Assembly (NCBI GenBank): GCA_045591565.1
Contig: JAZNTB010000080.1
Span: 1-57,843 of the forward strand
Direction: 5' to 3'
DNA: 57,843 nt
Origin: Clostridia bacterium
GTDB lineage: Bacteria > Bacillota > Clostridia > UBA1381
The notes beneath the pieces were generated by a model that had not been told where the DNA came from, did not search any database, and saw nothing but the letters and a program-made list of their open reading frames with translations. Numbering within the stretch: the stretch's first letter is position 1; every line of letters begins with the position of its first letter. Position numbers and translations under genes: made by a program. Below are positions 30,203 to 39,915 of this stretch, piece by piece.

Positions 30203-32626
30203 TTATGTATTATTAGGATTTTTATCTATTATTACCGTAACATTATCATAGTTAGCGTTCTTTCTGCATTTATCCTGTGCATAAGCAAGGAATTCATTCA
30301 TCGCTGTGCTGTCTTCGCACTTTATAATCAGCCTGTATATATATTTACCTTTAATTTTTGATATATATGCGCTTATCGGCCCTAAAAGCTGAACCCTTTG
30401 CCCTGAATCCTTCGCGCCTGCAAGATTTTTTGCAAAAAACCTCGCGCATTGTGCAGTAACATTTTCATTTGTCCCTGAGAATATCACCGAAATCATCTCG
30501 CAAAACGGCGGATACCACATTGCGCGCCTGACTTCTATCTCCTCATTGTAAAATTCCTTGTACTTATGCTCCTTTGCAAGACATATCGCCTTGTTATCGG
30601 GGCTGTAGGTCTGGATAACGCTTACTCCTTTTTTGTCACCTCTTCCTGCTCTGCCTGTAACCTGCTCGAGAGATGAAAAGGTTCTTTCGCAGGAGCGGTA
30701 ATCATCTATATTCAAAATCGTATCTGCTGATATTACTCCAACAAGCGTCACATCAGGAAAGTCAAGTCCCTTTGTAACCATCTGTGTGCCTATTAAGATA
30801 TCAATTTTTTCCTTTTCAAATTTATTTAAAATCTGTGCGTGCGAATTCTTTTTCCCTGTCGTGTCAACATCCATACGAATTGCGGTTGCATCCGGAAACA
30901 GCTTGTGTATTTCCTCCTCCACCTTCTGCGTTCCGCCGCCAAAATAGCGTATATAAGGGCTTCCGCATTCGGGGCATTTTTCGTAATTTTTGGTGGTATG
31001 TCCGCAGTAATGACACCTCAGGGTGTTATCGTATTTATGATATTTTAAAGAAATGCTGCAATTGGGGCACTCTGCCACATATCCGCACTTTCTACAGGAA
31101 ACAAATGTGGAAAATCCTCGGCGATTCAAAAACAGTATAGTCTGGTTTTTATTCTTGAGATTTTCCCCTATCCGCTCCGCCAGCGCACGGCTTATAACAG
31201 ATTTATTGCCTGCCTCAAGCTCCTCACGCATATCCGCTATCAGTACCTCGGGCATATCCTTTCCCGTAACTCTTCTTTCCATTTCAAGGAGTGTGTAACT
31301 CCCCATTTTTGCCCTGTAGTAACTTGTGACAAGCGGCGTTGCCGATGCAAATACCAAAAGCGCACCGTACTGTCTTGCCCGAAACTCTGCAACATCATGA
31401 ACCTCATACCTTGGCGACATCTCAGACTTGTAGGTTTGCTCATGCTCCTCATCCACAATAATCGCACCTATGTCATCAAAGGGCGCAAATATCGCCGACC
31501 TTGCCCCTACCGCTATGTCCGCCTCGCCGTTTCGTATCTTTTTCCACTGGTCATATTTTTCGCCGAGCGAAAGTCCGCTGTGTATAATAGCCACTCTTTT
31601 GCCGAAGCGTTCCTTAAACCTCGACACCATCTGCGGTGTCAAAGATATCTCAGGCACTAAAACTATTGCTTTTCGTCCGGCTTCTATTGCAGCACTCACG
31701 GCACGCATATAAACCTCGGTCTTTCCGCTTCCTGTGACTCCGTGCAAAAGGTATGGCTTGTACTCCTTTTTCTCTATCGTTTCCAAAAGCGGTGAAAGCA
31801 CTCTGTTTTGCTCGGCGGTAAGCTGTGGAATAGTTGCTTTCTTCCCCCCGCCTATCTCCTCCACCTCGCGCATTACCGCAAGGTCGTAGGTTTTAATATA
31901 TCCTTTTTTCTCCAAGGCTTTTACCGCACTGTATGAACCACCGGAAAAATGAACAAGGTCGGAAATCGACAGCCTTCCGCAGTCTGCGAGAATTTCAAGC
32001 ATTTTCGCCTGTGCAAAGGCATTGCTTTTTTCAAGCGCGCATATAACTGTGCTAAGCTCCTCGCTCTCACAGGTTGCCTCTGCCATACGCACGATTTTGT
32101 CCTTTACCGTGCGGCTATCACGAAGCTCACTCTTTATCGTTCCTGCCTTTATCAGTGCATCGAGCTTTTTTTTGATGTTTCCTTCAAACAATCCCATGAG
32201 CCGGTTGATTTCACAGGCTCCGCCGTTTTCTAAAAGTGCCGCTACAATCTCGTCACTTCTTTCGGCTTTGCCCGAAAGAACAATCCACTCCTCGTAGCTC
32301 ACAGTTGTGCCGCTCGGTGCGATTGCGTGAATAGCATCAAGATATGTCACAAGATATTTTTCACGCATCCAGCGTATAAGCTCAAGCTGTTTTTCGTCAA
32401 AAAGCCGTATTTCTTTAGAGAGCCTGCCTATCGCCTTGAGTTTTTTTGCAGCGGTTTCCTCCTTGACTGCCATCACATAAGCTTCCTTCTGCTTATTTGC
32501 TGTACCGAAAGGAACAGTTACACATGAGCCTACGACAACTATTCCCTCAAGTTCTTCGGGAATTAAATAGTCGAACATTTTATCAACGCTTTTAGCTCTG
32601 TGATTTACTATTACCTCTGCAATCAA
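30203..32626 (-). CDS. priA: primosomal replication restart helicase PriA
   Basis: Walker [13 protein letters not shown] box, and a Cys-rich zinc region (CRKCGY..CPNCS..CHYCG..CPECG). TTG start with GGAGG upstream. Confidence 0.94.
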   Translation of the reverse strand: MIAEVIVNHRAKSVDKMFDYLIPEELEGIVVVGSCVTVPFGTANKQKEAYVMAVKEETAAKKLKAIGRLSKEIRLFDEKQLELIRWMREKYLVTYLDAIHAIAPSGTTVSYEEWIVLSGKAERSDEIVAALLENGGACEINRLMGLFEGNIKKKLDALIKAGTIKSELRDSRTVKDKIVRMAEATCESEELSTVICALEKSNAFAQAKMLEILADCGRLSISDLVHFSGGSYSAVKALEKKGYIKTYDLAVMREVEEIGGGKKATIPQLTAEQNRVLSPLLETIEKKEYKPYLLHGVTGSGKTEVYMRAVSAAIEAGRKAIVLVPEISLTPQMVSRFKERFGKRVAIIHSGLSLGEKYDQWKKIRNGEADIAVGARSAIFAPFDDIGAIIVDEEHEQTYKSEMSPRYEVHDVAEFRARQYGALLVFASATPLVTSYYRAKMGSYTLLEMERRVTGKDMPEVLIADMREELEAGNKSVISRALAERIGENLKNKNQTILFLNRRGFSTFVSCRKCGYVAECPNCSISLKYHKYDNTLRCHYCGHTTKNYEKCPECGSPYIRYFGGGTQKVEEEIHKLFPDATAIRMDVDTTGKKNSHAQILNKFEKEKIDILIGTQMVTKGLDFPDVTLVGVISADTILNIDDYRSCERTFSSLEQVTGRAGRGDKKGVSVIQTYSPDNKAICLAKEHKYKEFYNEEIEVRRAMWYPPFCEMISVIFSGTNENVTAQCARFFAKNLAGAKDSGQRVQLLGPISAYISKIKGKYIYRLIIKCEDSTAMNEFLAYAQDKCRKNANYDNVTVIIDKNPNNT

Positions 32627-32644
32627 GGGTTTTCTACCTCCGAA

Positions 32645-32860
32645 TTATTTAATCTGGTCTGCGACCGGCTTATAGCCTATCTTTCCGCAGGAAATTTCCA
32701 TAACTGCCTTTGAAACCGGATTGTCCGATTCACATGATACCATGCAGTCGTCGTTTTTGCCGAGCATTCTTGCTCTTTTAGCTGCCATTGTAACTAAAAT
32801 ATATCTGCAGCCGTCCTCTACGCATTTTTCTAAAGTACTGATTCCAGGTTTGATAATCAT
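32645..32860 (-). CDS. rpoZ: DNA-directed RNA polymerase subunit omega
   Basis: 71-aa protein with RYILVTMAAKRARML, positioned between gmk and priA. Confidence 0.85.
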   Translation of the reverse strand: MIIKPGISTLEKCVEDGCRYILVTMAAKRARMLGKNDDCMVSCESDNPVSKAVMEISCGKIGYKPVADQIK

Positions 32861-32874
32861 AATTTCATTCTCCT

Positions 32875-33477
32875 TTATATTTCGTTTAATAATTTTTCTA
32901 TCATCTGCTGTCTTTCGTTTGTTGCTTTTATAATACTCAATGTTTCCTCAACACATCCTGCGAGGTCATCATTGACTATAACATAGTTATACTTAGGGGA
33001 TTGCAAAAACTCCCACTTTGCAGCCTCGATGCGGCGTTCAATCTCTGCATCCGCTTCTCTTGCACGCTCTTTAAGGCGCCTTCTGAGTTCTGCTATTGAC
33101 GGAGGAACAACAAATATTAAAACCGCCTCCGGCATCAGACTTTTAACCTTGAGCGCACCCTGTGGCTCAATCTCGAGGATTACATTTTTGCCCGATTCGA
33201 GCATATCGGATACCGCCTTTTTAGGCGTGCCGTAATAATTTCCGCTGTATACCGCATATTCAAGCATCTCGCCCGCCTCAATCATGCCGGCAAAGCGTTC
33301 CTCGGTTATGTAGTAGTATGTAACGCCCTCGGTTTCGCCAATGCGCTTATCACGAGTTGTGGCAGATACCGACAAAAAGATGTTGTCCTCCTTTAAAAGC
33401 TCGGCGCAAACCGTGCCCTTGCCCGTTCCGGAAGGCCCTGAGATAACAAACAGTGAACCCTTACTCATCGCCTGCAC
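32875..33477 (-). CDS. gmk: guanylate kinase
   Basis: P-loop [11 protein letters not shown] and a typical Gmk core. The start may be a few codons downstream. Confidence 0.94.
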   Translation of the reverse strand: MQAMSKGSLFVISGPSGTGKGTVCAELLKEDNIFLSVSATTRDKRIGETEGVTYYYITEERFAGMIEAGEMLEYAVYSGNYYGTPKKAVSDMLESGKNVILEIEPQGALKVKSLMPEAVLIFVVPPSIAELRRRLKERAREADAEIERRIEAAKWEFLQSPKYNYVIVNDDLAGCVEETLSIIKATNERQQMIEKLLNEI

Positions 33478-33712
33478 CCTCCTGACTAAGACGATTTGAA
33501 ATCGTTTCCGGCTGAAGTGCAGAAAGTATGATATGGTCGGAGTTTGTAACTATAACCGCCCTCGTTCTTCTTCCGTATGTAGCATTTATCAGCTTGCCGT
33601 TTTCCTCCGCCTCATGCATTACTCTTTTAATCGGCGCAGACTCCGGACTGATGATTGCCACAACCTTGTCCGCCGGAACAATATTTCCGAATCCTATATT
33701 TATCAGCTTCAT
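33461..33712 (-). CDS. remA: RemA-family (DUF370) regulator
   Basis: 83-aa protein beginning [12 protein letters not shown]...RRTRAVIVT, in the conserved gmk-adjacent position. Confidence 0.88.
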   Translation of the reverse strand: MKLINIGFGNIVPADKVVAIISPESAPIKRVMHEAEENGKLINATYGRRTRAVIVTNSDHIILSALQPETISNRLSQEGAGDE

Positions 33713-33721
33713 AGCTTCCTC

Positions 33722-34600
33722 CTACTCAATATTCTGAACCTGTTCTCTAAGCTTCTCGGTTTCGCCCTTAAGCTCCACAACTATCCTTGCTATCTCGATA
33801 TCGTTTGCCTTGGAGCCTGTGGTATTGATTTCCCGATTTATCTCCTGAATAAGGAAATCAAGCTTTCTTCCTGCCGGCTCACCTGATGAGGTTATCTCAT
33901 AGAACTCCTCAAAATGGCTTGAAAGGCGTACCATTTCTTCATTCACGGCAACCTTATCGGCAAAAATCGCAACCTCGGTCAAAACCCTTGCGTCGTCTAT
34001 CTCACGGTCGGCAATAACCTCACGGATTTTATCGTAAAGCCGTGTGCGGTATTCCTCAACAGTTTGCGGAGAGCGCTCCTCCACCTTTTTCGCAAGCGTC
34101 TTCATATACTCAACTCTTGCCTCTAAATCCTTCTGTATTCTTTCTCCCTCTCGCTCACGCATAGCGGTGAATGCTAAAAGTGCCGGTTCTAAAACCTTTT
34201 TTACGCTCTGCCAGATTTCTTCCTCGTCCTCAGCTTTTCTCTCCTGAATAAATATGTCGCTGTATCTGGCAACGCTGTTTACCGAAATATCGTCACGAAG
34301 GCCAAACTCATCACGAAGGCTTGTGAGTGCGTCGATATAGCTTTTCGCAAGGTCTTTGTTTACTACAATCTCCTTGTCGGCCTCTTCATAGCTCTCAATG
34401 CCGACATAAACATCTACCTTTCCCCTTGCTATACTCTTAGAAATAAATTCACGGACTCTGTCCTCTAAAAATCCATAATACCTTGGCACCTTTATTGAAT
34501 AGTCAGAATAGCGGTGATTGACCGATTTTATCTCGCATAAAATCTTCTTGCCGCCCTCTACAGCTTCGTTTCTGCCGTAGCCCGTCATGCTCTTTAACAC
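33722..34600 (-). CDS. yicC: YicC-family stress-induced protein
   Basis: N-terminal MTGYG...SVNHRY and C-terminal DUF1732 (EINREINT..SKAND). Confidence 0.88.
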   Translation of the reverse strand: MLKSMTGYGRNEAVEGGKKILCEIKSVNHRYSDYSIKVPRYYGFLEDRVREFISKSIARGKVDVYVGIESYEEADKEIVVNKDLAKSYIDALTSLRDEFGLRDDISVNSVARYSDIFIQERKAEDEEEIWQSVKKVLEPALLAFTAMREREGERIQKDLEARVEYMKTLAKKVEERSPQTVEEYRTRLYDKIREVIADREIDDARVLTEVAIFADKVAVNEEMVRLSSHFEEFYEITSSGEPAGRKLDFLIQEINREINTTGSKANDIEIARIVVELKGETEKLREQVQNIE

Positions 34601-34690
34601 AAAAATTCACCTACTTTACCATTATTCAAATTATTATACCATAAAATTTTCAAAATTAACATAGTTTTTTCAAAAATTCTTTAATTTTTT

Positions 34691-34719
34691 TTGATTTTCG
34701 CATCATTTTGTGCTATAAT
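34691..34719 (+). promoter_or_regulatory. sigma-A type promoter for rqcH
   Basis: TTGATT (34691-34696), a 17-nt spacer, then TATAAT (34714-34719) with TG at 34711-34712, two nt upstream of the -10 box. Confidence 0.6.
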
Positions 34720-34742
34720 AAAAAACATTGGAGGAATGCGTT

Positions 34743-36485
34743 ATGGCTTTTGATACAATTTGCGTAAAAAAAATAGTTTCAGAACTTAATTCTGCGCTTT
34801 TAGGAGGCAGAATTGACAAGATACATCAGCCGGAAAAGGACGAGCTTATGATTGCTGTGCGCACATTTGGCGGAGCATATAAGCTTGTTTTGAGTGCAAG
34901 CCCCAACAACAGCCGTATTCATTTCTCGGATACCGCAAAGGAAAATCCAAAAACTCCGCCTATGTTCTGTATGCTTCTTCGCAAGCATTTGTCGGGCGGA
35001 AAAATTGTGAGTATTGCGCAGCCGGACTTTGAAAGAATAGTTGAAATAGATATCGAGTCCTACAACGAGCTCGGCGACCTTACCAAAAAACGCCTTATCT
35101 GCGAGATAATGGGCAGAAACTCAAATATCATTCTCTGTAGCGAGGACTTTCGCATAATTGACTCGGCGCGGCATATTGATTTTACCCAAAGCTCGGTAAG
35201 GCAGATTCTCCCCGGCTGTACCTACAATTTCCCTCCGGCACAGGAAAAGACCGCAATACTTTGCGATGAAATAAAAAATATCTCGCTCGACTTTTCGCAG
35301 GAGGCATCACGGCCTGAAAGCGTAATAATGTCTGTAGTTTCCGGAATCAGCCCACTCACTGCCCGTGAAATAGTTTTCACGGCAACCGGTTCGTCCGGTC
35401 TTGTCTGCGGCGAACTTACGCCCGATAACAAGGAAGATATACGCAAAGAACTTCTTGATTTTGCAGAAAATATGGAGTTTCGTCCTTGCATCATCTTTGA
35501 TCCTACAGGAAAGCCGATAGACTTTTCCGCCACCGAAATACGCCAGTACGGCTCAAGCTACAGAGTGGAATACGCCGATAGTATGAGTGAGATTGTGTGC
35601 AGATTTTACCGTGAGCGTGACCTTAAAGAGCGTATGCGCCAAAAGAGTGCCGACCTTTCCAAGCTGCTTGGCAACAATCTGGAGCGCTGCTCCAAAAAAC
35701 TTGCTCTGCAGAAAAAAACTCTGCATGATGCAGAAAATAAAGAGCGATACAAGATTTACGGCGACCTTGTGACAGCAAACCTCTATCGCATAAAGGACGG
35801 AGAGAAGTCAGTAACCGTCAGCAACTATTACGAGGAGGGCTGTCCCGAAGTAACCATTGAGCTTTCTCCCATGCTGTCAGCCGCAAAAAATGCACAGCGC
35901 TATTACAAGCTATACTCAAAGCTCAAAAACGCCGAAATCGAGGTCACAAAACAGCTTGAGGCAACCTGCCGCGATATAGAGTATTTAGAAAGCACTCTGT
36001 CGGCGCTTGAGAATTCAACATCGGAAAGTGACTTAAATGCAATCCGTCAAGAGCTTGCAGACCTCGGATATGTTAAAGTCCAGAAAAAAGGCAAAAAGGA
36101 CTCAAAATCACAGCCCAAGCCGATGCACTTTATCTCAAGCGACGGCTTTGATATATATGTGGGCAAAAACAACACTCAAAATGACTATTTGACTCTCAAA
36201 TTTGCAAACTCGGGCGATATATGGTTTCATACAAAAAAAATTCATGGTTCGCATACAATAATCAAGCTCGGTCTTGACAAGGATGTGCCAAAAACCACCA
36301 TGATGGAGGCGGCACAGCTTGCAGCTTACTACTCAAAAGCGCGTGAATCCTCACAGGTTCCGGTGGATTACACACAAGTCAAAAATGTAAAAAAACCTAA
36401 CGGCGCAAAACCGGGAATGGTTATTTATGATAACTATAATACCGTATATGTTACACCAAAGAATATGGCAGAAGATTCACATTAA
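34743..36485 (+). CDS. rqcH: NFACT-family ribosome quality-control protein RqcH (FbpA-like)
   Basis: NFACT-N, coiled coil and NFACT-R (DIWFHTKKIHGSH). ATG 34743-34745 lies 8 nt after GGAGG. Confidence 0.88.
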   Translation: MAFDTICVKKIVSELNSALLGGRIDKIHQPEKDELMIAVRTFGGAYKLVLSASPNNSRIHFSDTAKENPKTPPMFCMLLRKHLSGGKIVSIAQPDFERIVEIDIESYNELGDLTKKRLICEIMGRNSNIILCSEDFRIIDSARHIDFTQSSVRQILPGCTYNFPPAQEKTAILCDEIKNISLDFSQEASRPESVIMSVVSGISPLTAREIVFTATGSSGLVCGELTPDNKEDIRKELLDFAENMEFRPCIIFDPTGKPIDFSATEIRQYGSSYRVEYADSMSEIVCRFYRERDLKERMRQKSADLSKLLGNNLERCSKKLALQKKTLHDAENKERYKIYGDLVTANLYRIKDGEKSVTVSNYYEEGCPEVTIELSPMLSAAKNAQRYYKLYSKLKNAEIEVTKQLEATCRDIEYLESTLSALENSTSESDLNAIRQELADLGYVKVQKKGKKDSKSQPKPMHFISSDGFDIYVGKNNTQNDYLTLKFANSGDIWFHTKKIHGSHTIIKLGLDKDVPKTTMMEAAQLAAYYSKARESSQVPVDYTQVKNVKKPNGAKPGMVIYDNYNTVYVTPKNMAEDSH

Positions 36486-36512
36486 AAAAGGGGCTTAAAA
36501 AGCCCCTTTTTT
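36484..36512. terminator. bidirectional terminator between rqcH and the convergent propeller gene
   Basis: A6, GGGGCTT (36490-36496) pairing with AAGCCCC (36500-36506), then T6. Confidence 0.8.
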
Positions 36513-36518
36513 GTTTAT

Positions 36519-38105
36519 TTACCCTGCAGAATTAAGATTTTGTATCAGTCTTGCCATATCCTGCTTTGAAAGCTCGTACCTGTCATCAAACTTGAACTGG
36601 AGTGGTATTCCAAGCCTGTCAAGTATCCCGTTTGCGTATATAACCGTTATTGGTATATCAGGCAGGAACAAATTATCCTCACAGCTTAAAATACCAAGCT
36701 TTTTAAATGTGCCTACAGCCTCATAATATGTGCTTTCCTTTGAAACATCAGCAAAATTTTCGTTAACCTCTTCCTTTAAGTTCAAAAGGCTCGCCAAAAG
36801 AAGCACAAACTCAGAGCGTGTCACCTTTAAAAAGCTGTTATGCATATTAAGGCTTGCATATGTATCTGCCCACTTCAATATGTTCTGCGATGCAAAATCA
36901 TCCACAACATATCCGCCCGAGGACTGCGATACCGGCAAGGTATTATGCACAGAAACATTGCAAAGCGACTTAGGCTGTTGTCTTGGATATGGGCGTGCCG
37001 CAGCCTCAAGGTCAACCTCCTCTGCAGAATATATATCCACTGTTTCGTCATTGTAAATCAAAACCTGCGACAATCCATTTCCGGTGATATCACAGTATGC
37101 CATTTTCCCAAAGGTTTCAAGAGTATAGCATGGCCTCATATATCCGTCATAAAGGGTTGTACATATATCCTCTTTTTTATGTCCTGCAATATACAGCTTT
37201 CCGCTTTTGTCAAATCCGGTTACCGGCATCGGATGATATATGGTTTCGTTTTTCTCATATAAAAACTCTCCGTCAAGGTCAAAAAGCGACATATTATCAA
37301 GCAAAAGAATATCGTCCCTTGCTATATTATCCCTGAATTTGCCTATAACTATATTTTCTGCCCGCTCATCAATAGTCCACAAAACTTCTCCGTCGGCTTT
37401 ATGAGCGCGAACCTCATCGCCGCACATGATAATGACAGGTTCATCCTCCCTGTAAAGGCACTCTACAGCTATCGAGTTTATATGTCCCGGCATATCTGCC
37501 TTCCATAAAAGCTCGCCTGATGCATCAAGCACGCACGAACCGGCAATAATTTCCTCTCGTCCGTCGCCGTTTATGTCATAGACAACAGGACAATGTCCTA
37601 TATTACCCTGATAATCCCACAAAACATTGAGGTTTGCATCAAGCGCCCACATATGGCTGAACTTGTTTTTGAGAATTATATTCTGCGCATATCCTGAGCC
37701 TTCAAGGTCTGCTATAACAATGCAGTCACAGGCATACTTATCCGGAAGCGGTATGTGCTTTTTTACCTCTGCAGTTTTTCCGTCCATTACCAAAAGCTCG
37801 CCGCCCATTACTGCAATGACTTCATTTTTTCCATCTTTATCTATATCATAAATCTGAACTGGAAGATCTCCTGCCGCCTCTGCCTCGCCTTCTGTATTTC
37901 CTGTCTGCCACAGCATATCGCCAGATGCTGAAAACGCAGTTATTGCGGCAACCTGCTGCGGAAAGTACCGCTTATCTGAAACCTCTGATGCCTTTACCAT
38001 CACAAATTCCATACGGCCGTCGCCGTCGATATCGCCTATTCGCATAACACAGTTCTTGCCTGCTGCACTTATATTTATGCTGCTTTTAAAATCTATACTT
38101 TGCAT
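36519..38105 (-). CDS. FG-GAP/PL11-like beta-propeller protein with SLH-like C-terminal repeats; no signal peptide
   Basis: Repeated DxDGDG / DINGDGREEII calcium-loop-like motifs, as in rhamnogalacturonan lyase PL11 propellers. The C-terminus has F-DV...YEAV...LGIL...F-PD segments resembling S-layer-homology repeats. Confidence 0.5.
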   Translation of the reverse strand: MQSIDFKSSINISAAGKNCVMRIGDIDGDGRMEFVMVKASEVSDKRYFPQQVAAITAFSASGDMLWQTGNTEGEAEAAGDLPVQIYDIDKDGKNEVIAVMGGELLVMDGKTAEVKKHIPLPDKYACDCIVIADLEGSGYAQNIILKNKFSHMWALDANLNVLWDYQGNIGHCPVVYDINGDGREEIIAGSCVLDASGELLWKADMPGHINSIAVECLYREDEPVIIMCGDEVRAHKADGEVLWTIDERAENIVIGKFRDNIARDDILLLDNMSLFDLDGEFLYEKNETIYHPMPVTGFDKSGKLYIAGHKKEDICTTLYDGYMRPCYTLETFGKMAYCDITGNGLSQVLIYNDETVDIYSAEEVDLEAAARPYPRQQPKSLCNVSVHNTLPVSQSSGGYVVDDFASQNILKWADTYASLNMHNSFLKVTRSEFVLLLASLLNLKEEVNENFADVSKESTYYEAVGTFKKLGILSCEDNLFLPDIPITVIYANGILDRLGIPLQFKFDDRYELSKQDMARLIQNLNSAG

Positions 38106-38376
38106 AAAACCATAGCCTTTCTATATTTTTAAGCCTTATTATTTTTATTATAAGCTCGTGTCAATTTAGGAGAACAGTGAATAATATGACCTACTATTTT
38201 CCTCCTATAAATTTCACTGATTTTCCTCAAACATTTTCCTTTAGAGTCCGCAGGAATATTAGATTTTCCTCCTCCGACAATTTATAATAAATATTAAAAT
38301 CGGCAAACTATTTTATTAAATTTAGAGACTTGACACTAGTAAAATTCCATGGGATTGTCATCCTCTGTTTATTACA

Positions 38377-38823
38377 CTAAATTCGAAATCTGTATACGCC
38401 AACATACGGGATTTCAAAATAGAATCTTTCATTTTCTTGATATATATAACCATATCCATAAATTGAAATATCGTTTGACTTTATTTCAACGGTAAAAAAA
38501 GGAGTTACATCAGGAGTTTCATTCGTACTCATTATCCTCGTCGGTTTAGATGTTCTAATATACTTATACAAGACTCTGCATTCTTCATCGCTTAAGTAAA
38601 TCTGTTTCCCCTCTTTTGAAACTGTTATAGATTCTATCAAAGAATAGTCGGGATAATCAAATTTCTCAGCTTTTGGAAAAATCCCATTGTAAACAGCATA
38701 TATCACAAGTGGACATATAACAAATATCAAAAGAAACATCAAAAGAAATATCGAGATAATATTTCTTTTTGCTTTTCGTACCTCTTTTTTTGTTTTTATA
38801 TCATTATCGACATAATTATCCAT
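38377..38823 (-). CDS. hypothetical single-pass membrane protein (148 aa)
   Basis: RBS AGAGGTG 5 nt before the ATG. One TM segment (IISIFLLMFLLIFVICPLVIYAV). AT-rich codon usage. No family recognised. Confidence 0.6.
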   Translation of the reverse strand: MDNYVDNDIKTKKEVRKAKRNIISIFLLMFLLIFVICPLVIYAVYNGIFPKAEKFDYPDYSLIESITVSKEGKQIYLSDEECRVLYKYIRTSKPTRIMSTNETPDVTPFFTVEIKSNDISIYGYGYIYQENERFYFEIPYVGVYRFRI

Positions 38824-38872
38824 TGTAACACCTCTTTTTAGATTTTTTCAACATCTTCCGACATAATTATGC

Positions 38873-38939
38873 GGGACAGACGGTTTAGATGCCACTTATT
38901 TTAGCAACAAGTTCGTGACAAGCTAGGAACAAAAAATCA
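38873..38939. repeat. bipartite intergenic repeat, copy A
   Basis: GGGACAGACGGTTTAGATGC (38873-38892), then 17 variable nt, then AGTTCGTGACAAGCTAGGAACAAAAAATCA (38910-38939). The end overlaps the TGA stop of the Bro-N/DinD-like gene. Confidence 0.85.
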
Positions 38940-39785
38940 CTCTTCTTCTATAACTTCCTCAATCAAATCAACTACAACTTTATTTAATTCAGCTGCATTT
39001 TGAGGAGTAATAGCAGGCTTTCCTGTTTCCGTTTCTAATGCTTGTCTTGCAATCTTGGCAACATTTCCACCACGTTTTGCAACCTTAATATTTTCTGATA
39101 AACCTTGCGGATGTTCTTCTTTCGAAATGTCCGTCGTAGATGTTTCCGCAAGCATATTCAATATAAGTTCGGTTGTACTCATATTGTCTCTCAAATTTTC
39201 TTTTGTAAGACCTTTAAGATTTTTATATTTTCTTGTTGTCATCCCTGACCACGCTTTTGTTATTTCATCGGTAAGAATTGCATATTCTTTACCTTCCTCA
39301 ACTCCATGTTGTTGCCATTGTGCTGTTAGTTCATTACGCACTCTTATAGATAATATTCGTTGATGAATCCATTCTTCATCATATCCCTTTTTCAAATATG
39401 TTTCCAACGCCCTATCTATCGCAAGTTCAGGATCAATGGTTTCCTCAATACGCTCCTTGCCGACTTCTGCAAGCCACATTTTAAAAGGTTCTGCCTTTGA
39501 TGATGGAATTGATTGAATAAGTCTTAACAGATTTGTCGTATCAACAACATCTGTCATTCGTTTTTTGCCATCAGGTGCGGTCATCTTCAAACCGTGACAA
39601 TTTGTCACGGTTTCATTTCCCTCGGCTTTTAATCTCTGTTTCAACTTTCTCCAATATGCTGTTGGAGCTTTGCTATCTGTTAAAACTGATACCACATCAA
39701 CAACAGAAAAATACCATTCTTCTATTTCTTCATTCCAAGCAGTTCTTATTCTTTTATCTTCAAATATTTGTATTTGATTATCCAT
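38937..39785 (-). CDS. Bro-N domain / DinD-like (DNA-damage-inducible protein D family) protein
   Basis: N-terminal Bro-N-like segment (IQIFEDKRIRT...WYFSVVDVVSVL...LLRLIQSIPS..AEPFKMWLA). The C-terminal half parallels E. coli DinD (KGL.KENLRD.MSTTEL...). Start trimmed to ATG 39783-39785, 8 nt after GGAGG. Confidence 0.65.
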   Translation of the reverse strand: MDNQIQIFEDKRIRTAWNEEIEEWYFSVVDVVSVLTDSKAPTAYWRKLKQRLKAEGNETVTNCHGLKMTAPDGKKRMTDVVDTTNLLRLIQSIPSSKAEPFKMWLAEVGKERIEETIDPELAIDRALETYLKKGYDEEWIHQRILSIRVRNELTAQWQQHGVEEGKEYAILTDEITKAWSGMTTRKYKNLKGLTKENLRDNMSTTELILNMLAETSTTDISKEEHPQGLSENIKVAKRGGNVAKIARQALETETGKPAITPQNAAELNKVVVDLIEEVIEEE

Positions 39786-39845
39786 ATGTATAACCTCCGT
39801 AAAAGAGTTTTGTGTTTTCGTCAAATTGCGACACCCCGCATATAA

Positions 39846-39912
39846 GGGACAGACGGTTTAGATGCAAGCCTGTTTCATAGGTAGTTCGTGGTAAGTTAAG
39901 GACAAAAAATCA
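39846..39912. repeat. bipartite intergenic repeat, copy B
   Basis: The 20-nt box is identical (39846-39865). A different 17-nt spacer follows, then a 30-nt box with 25/30 matches to copy A (39883-39912). Same orientation, 973 bp from copy A. Confidence 0.85.
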
Positions 39913-39915
39913 TAT

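Noticed and set aside
38873-39912. Interpreting the islet repeats as integron attC sites (a cassette array or CALIN).
   Set aside because: attC sites need inverted R''/R' cores (RYYYAAC ... GTTRRRY) and an imperfect palindrome. The two conserved boxes here are not complementary to each other, GTTTAGA and GTTAAGG only approximate the core, and no intI or attI is present. The idea is kept only as a loose analogy.
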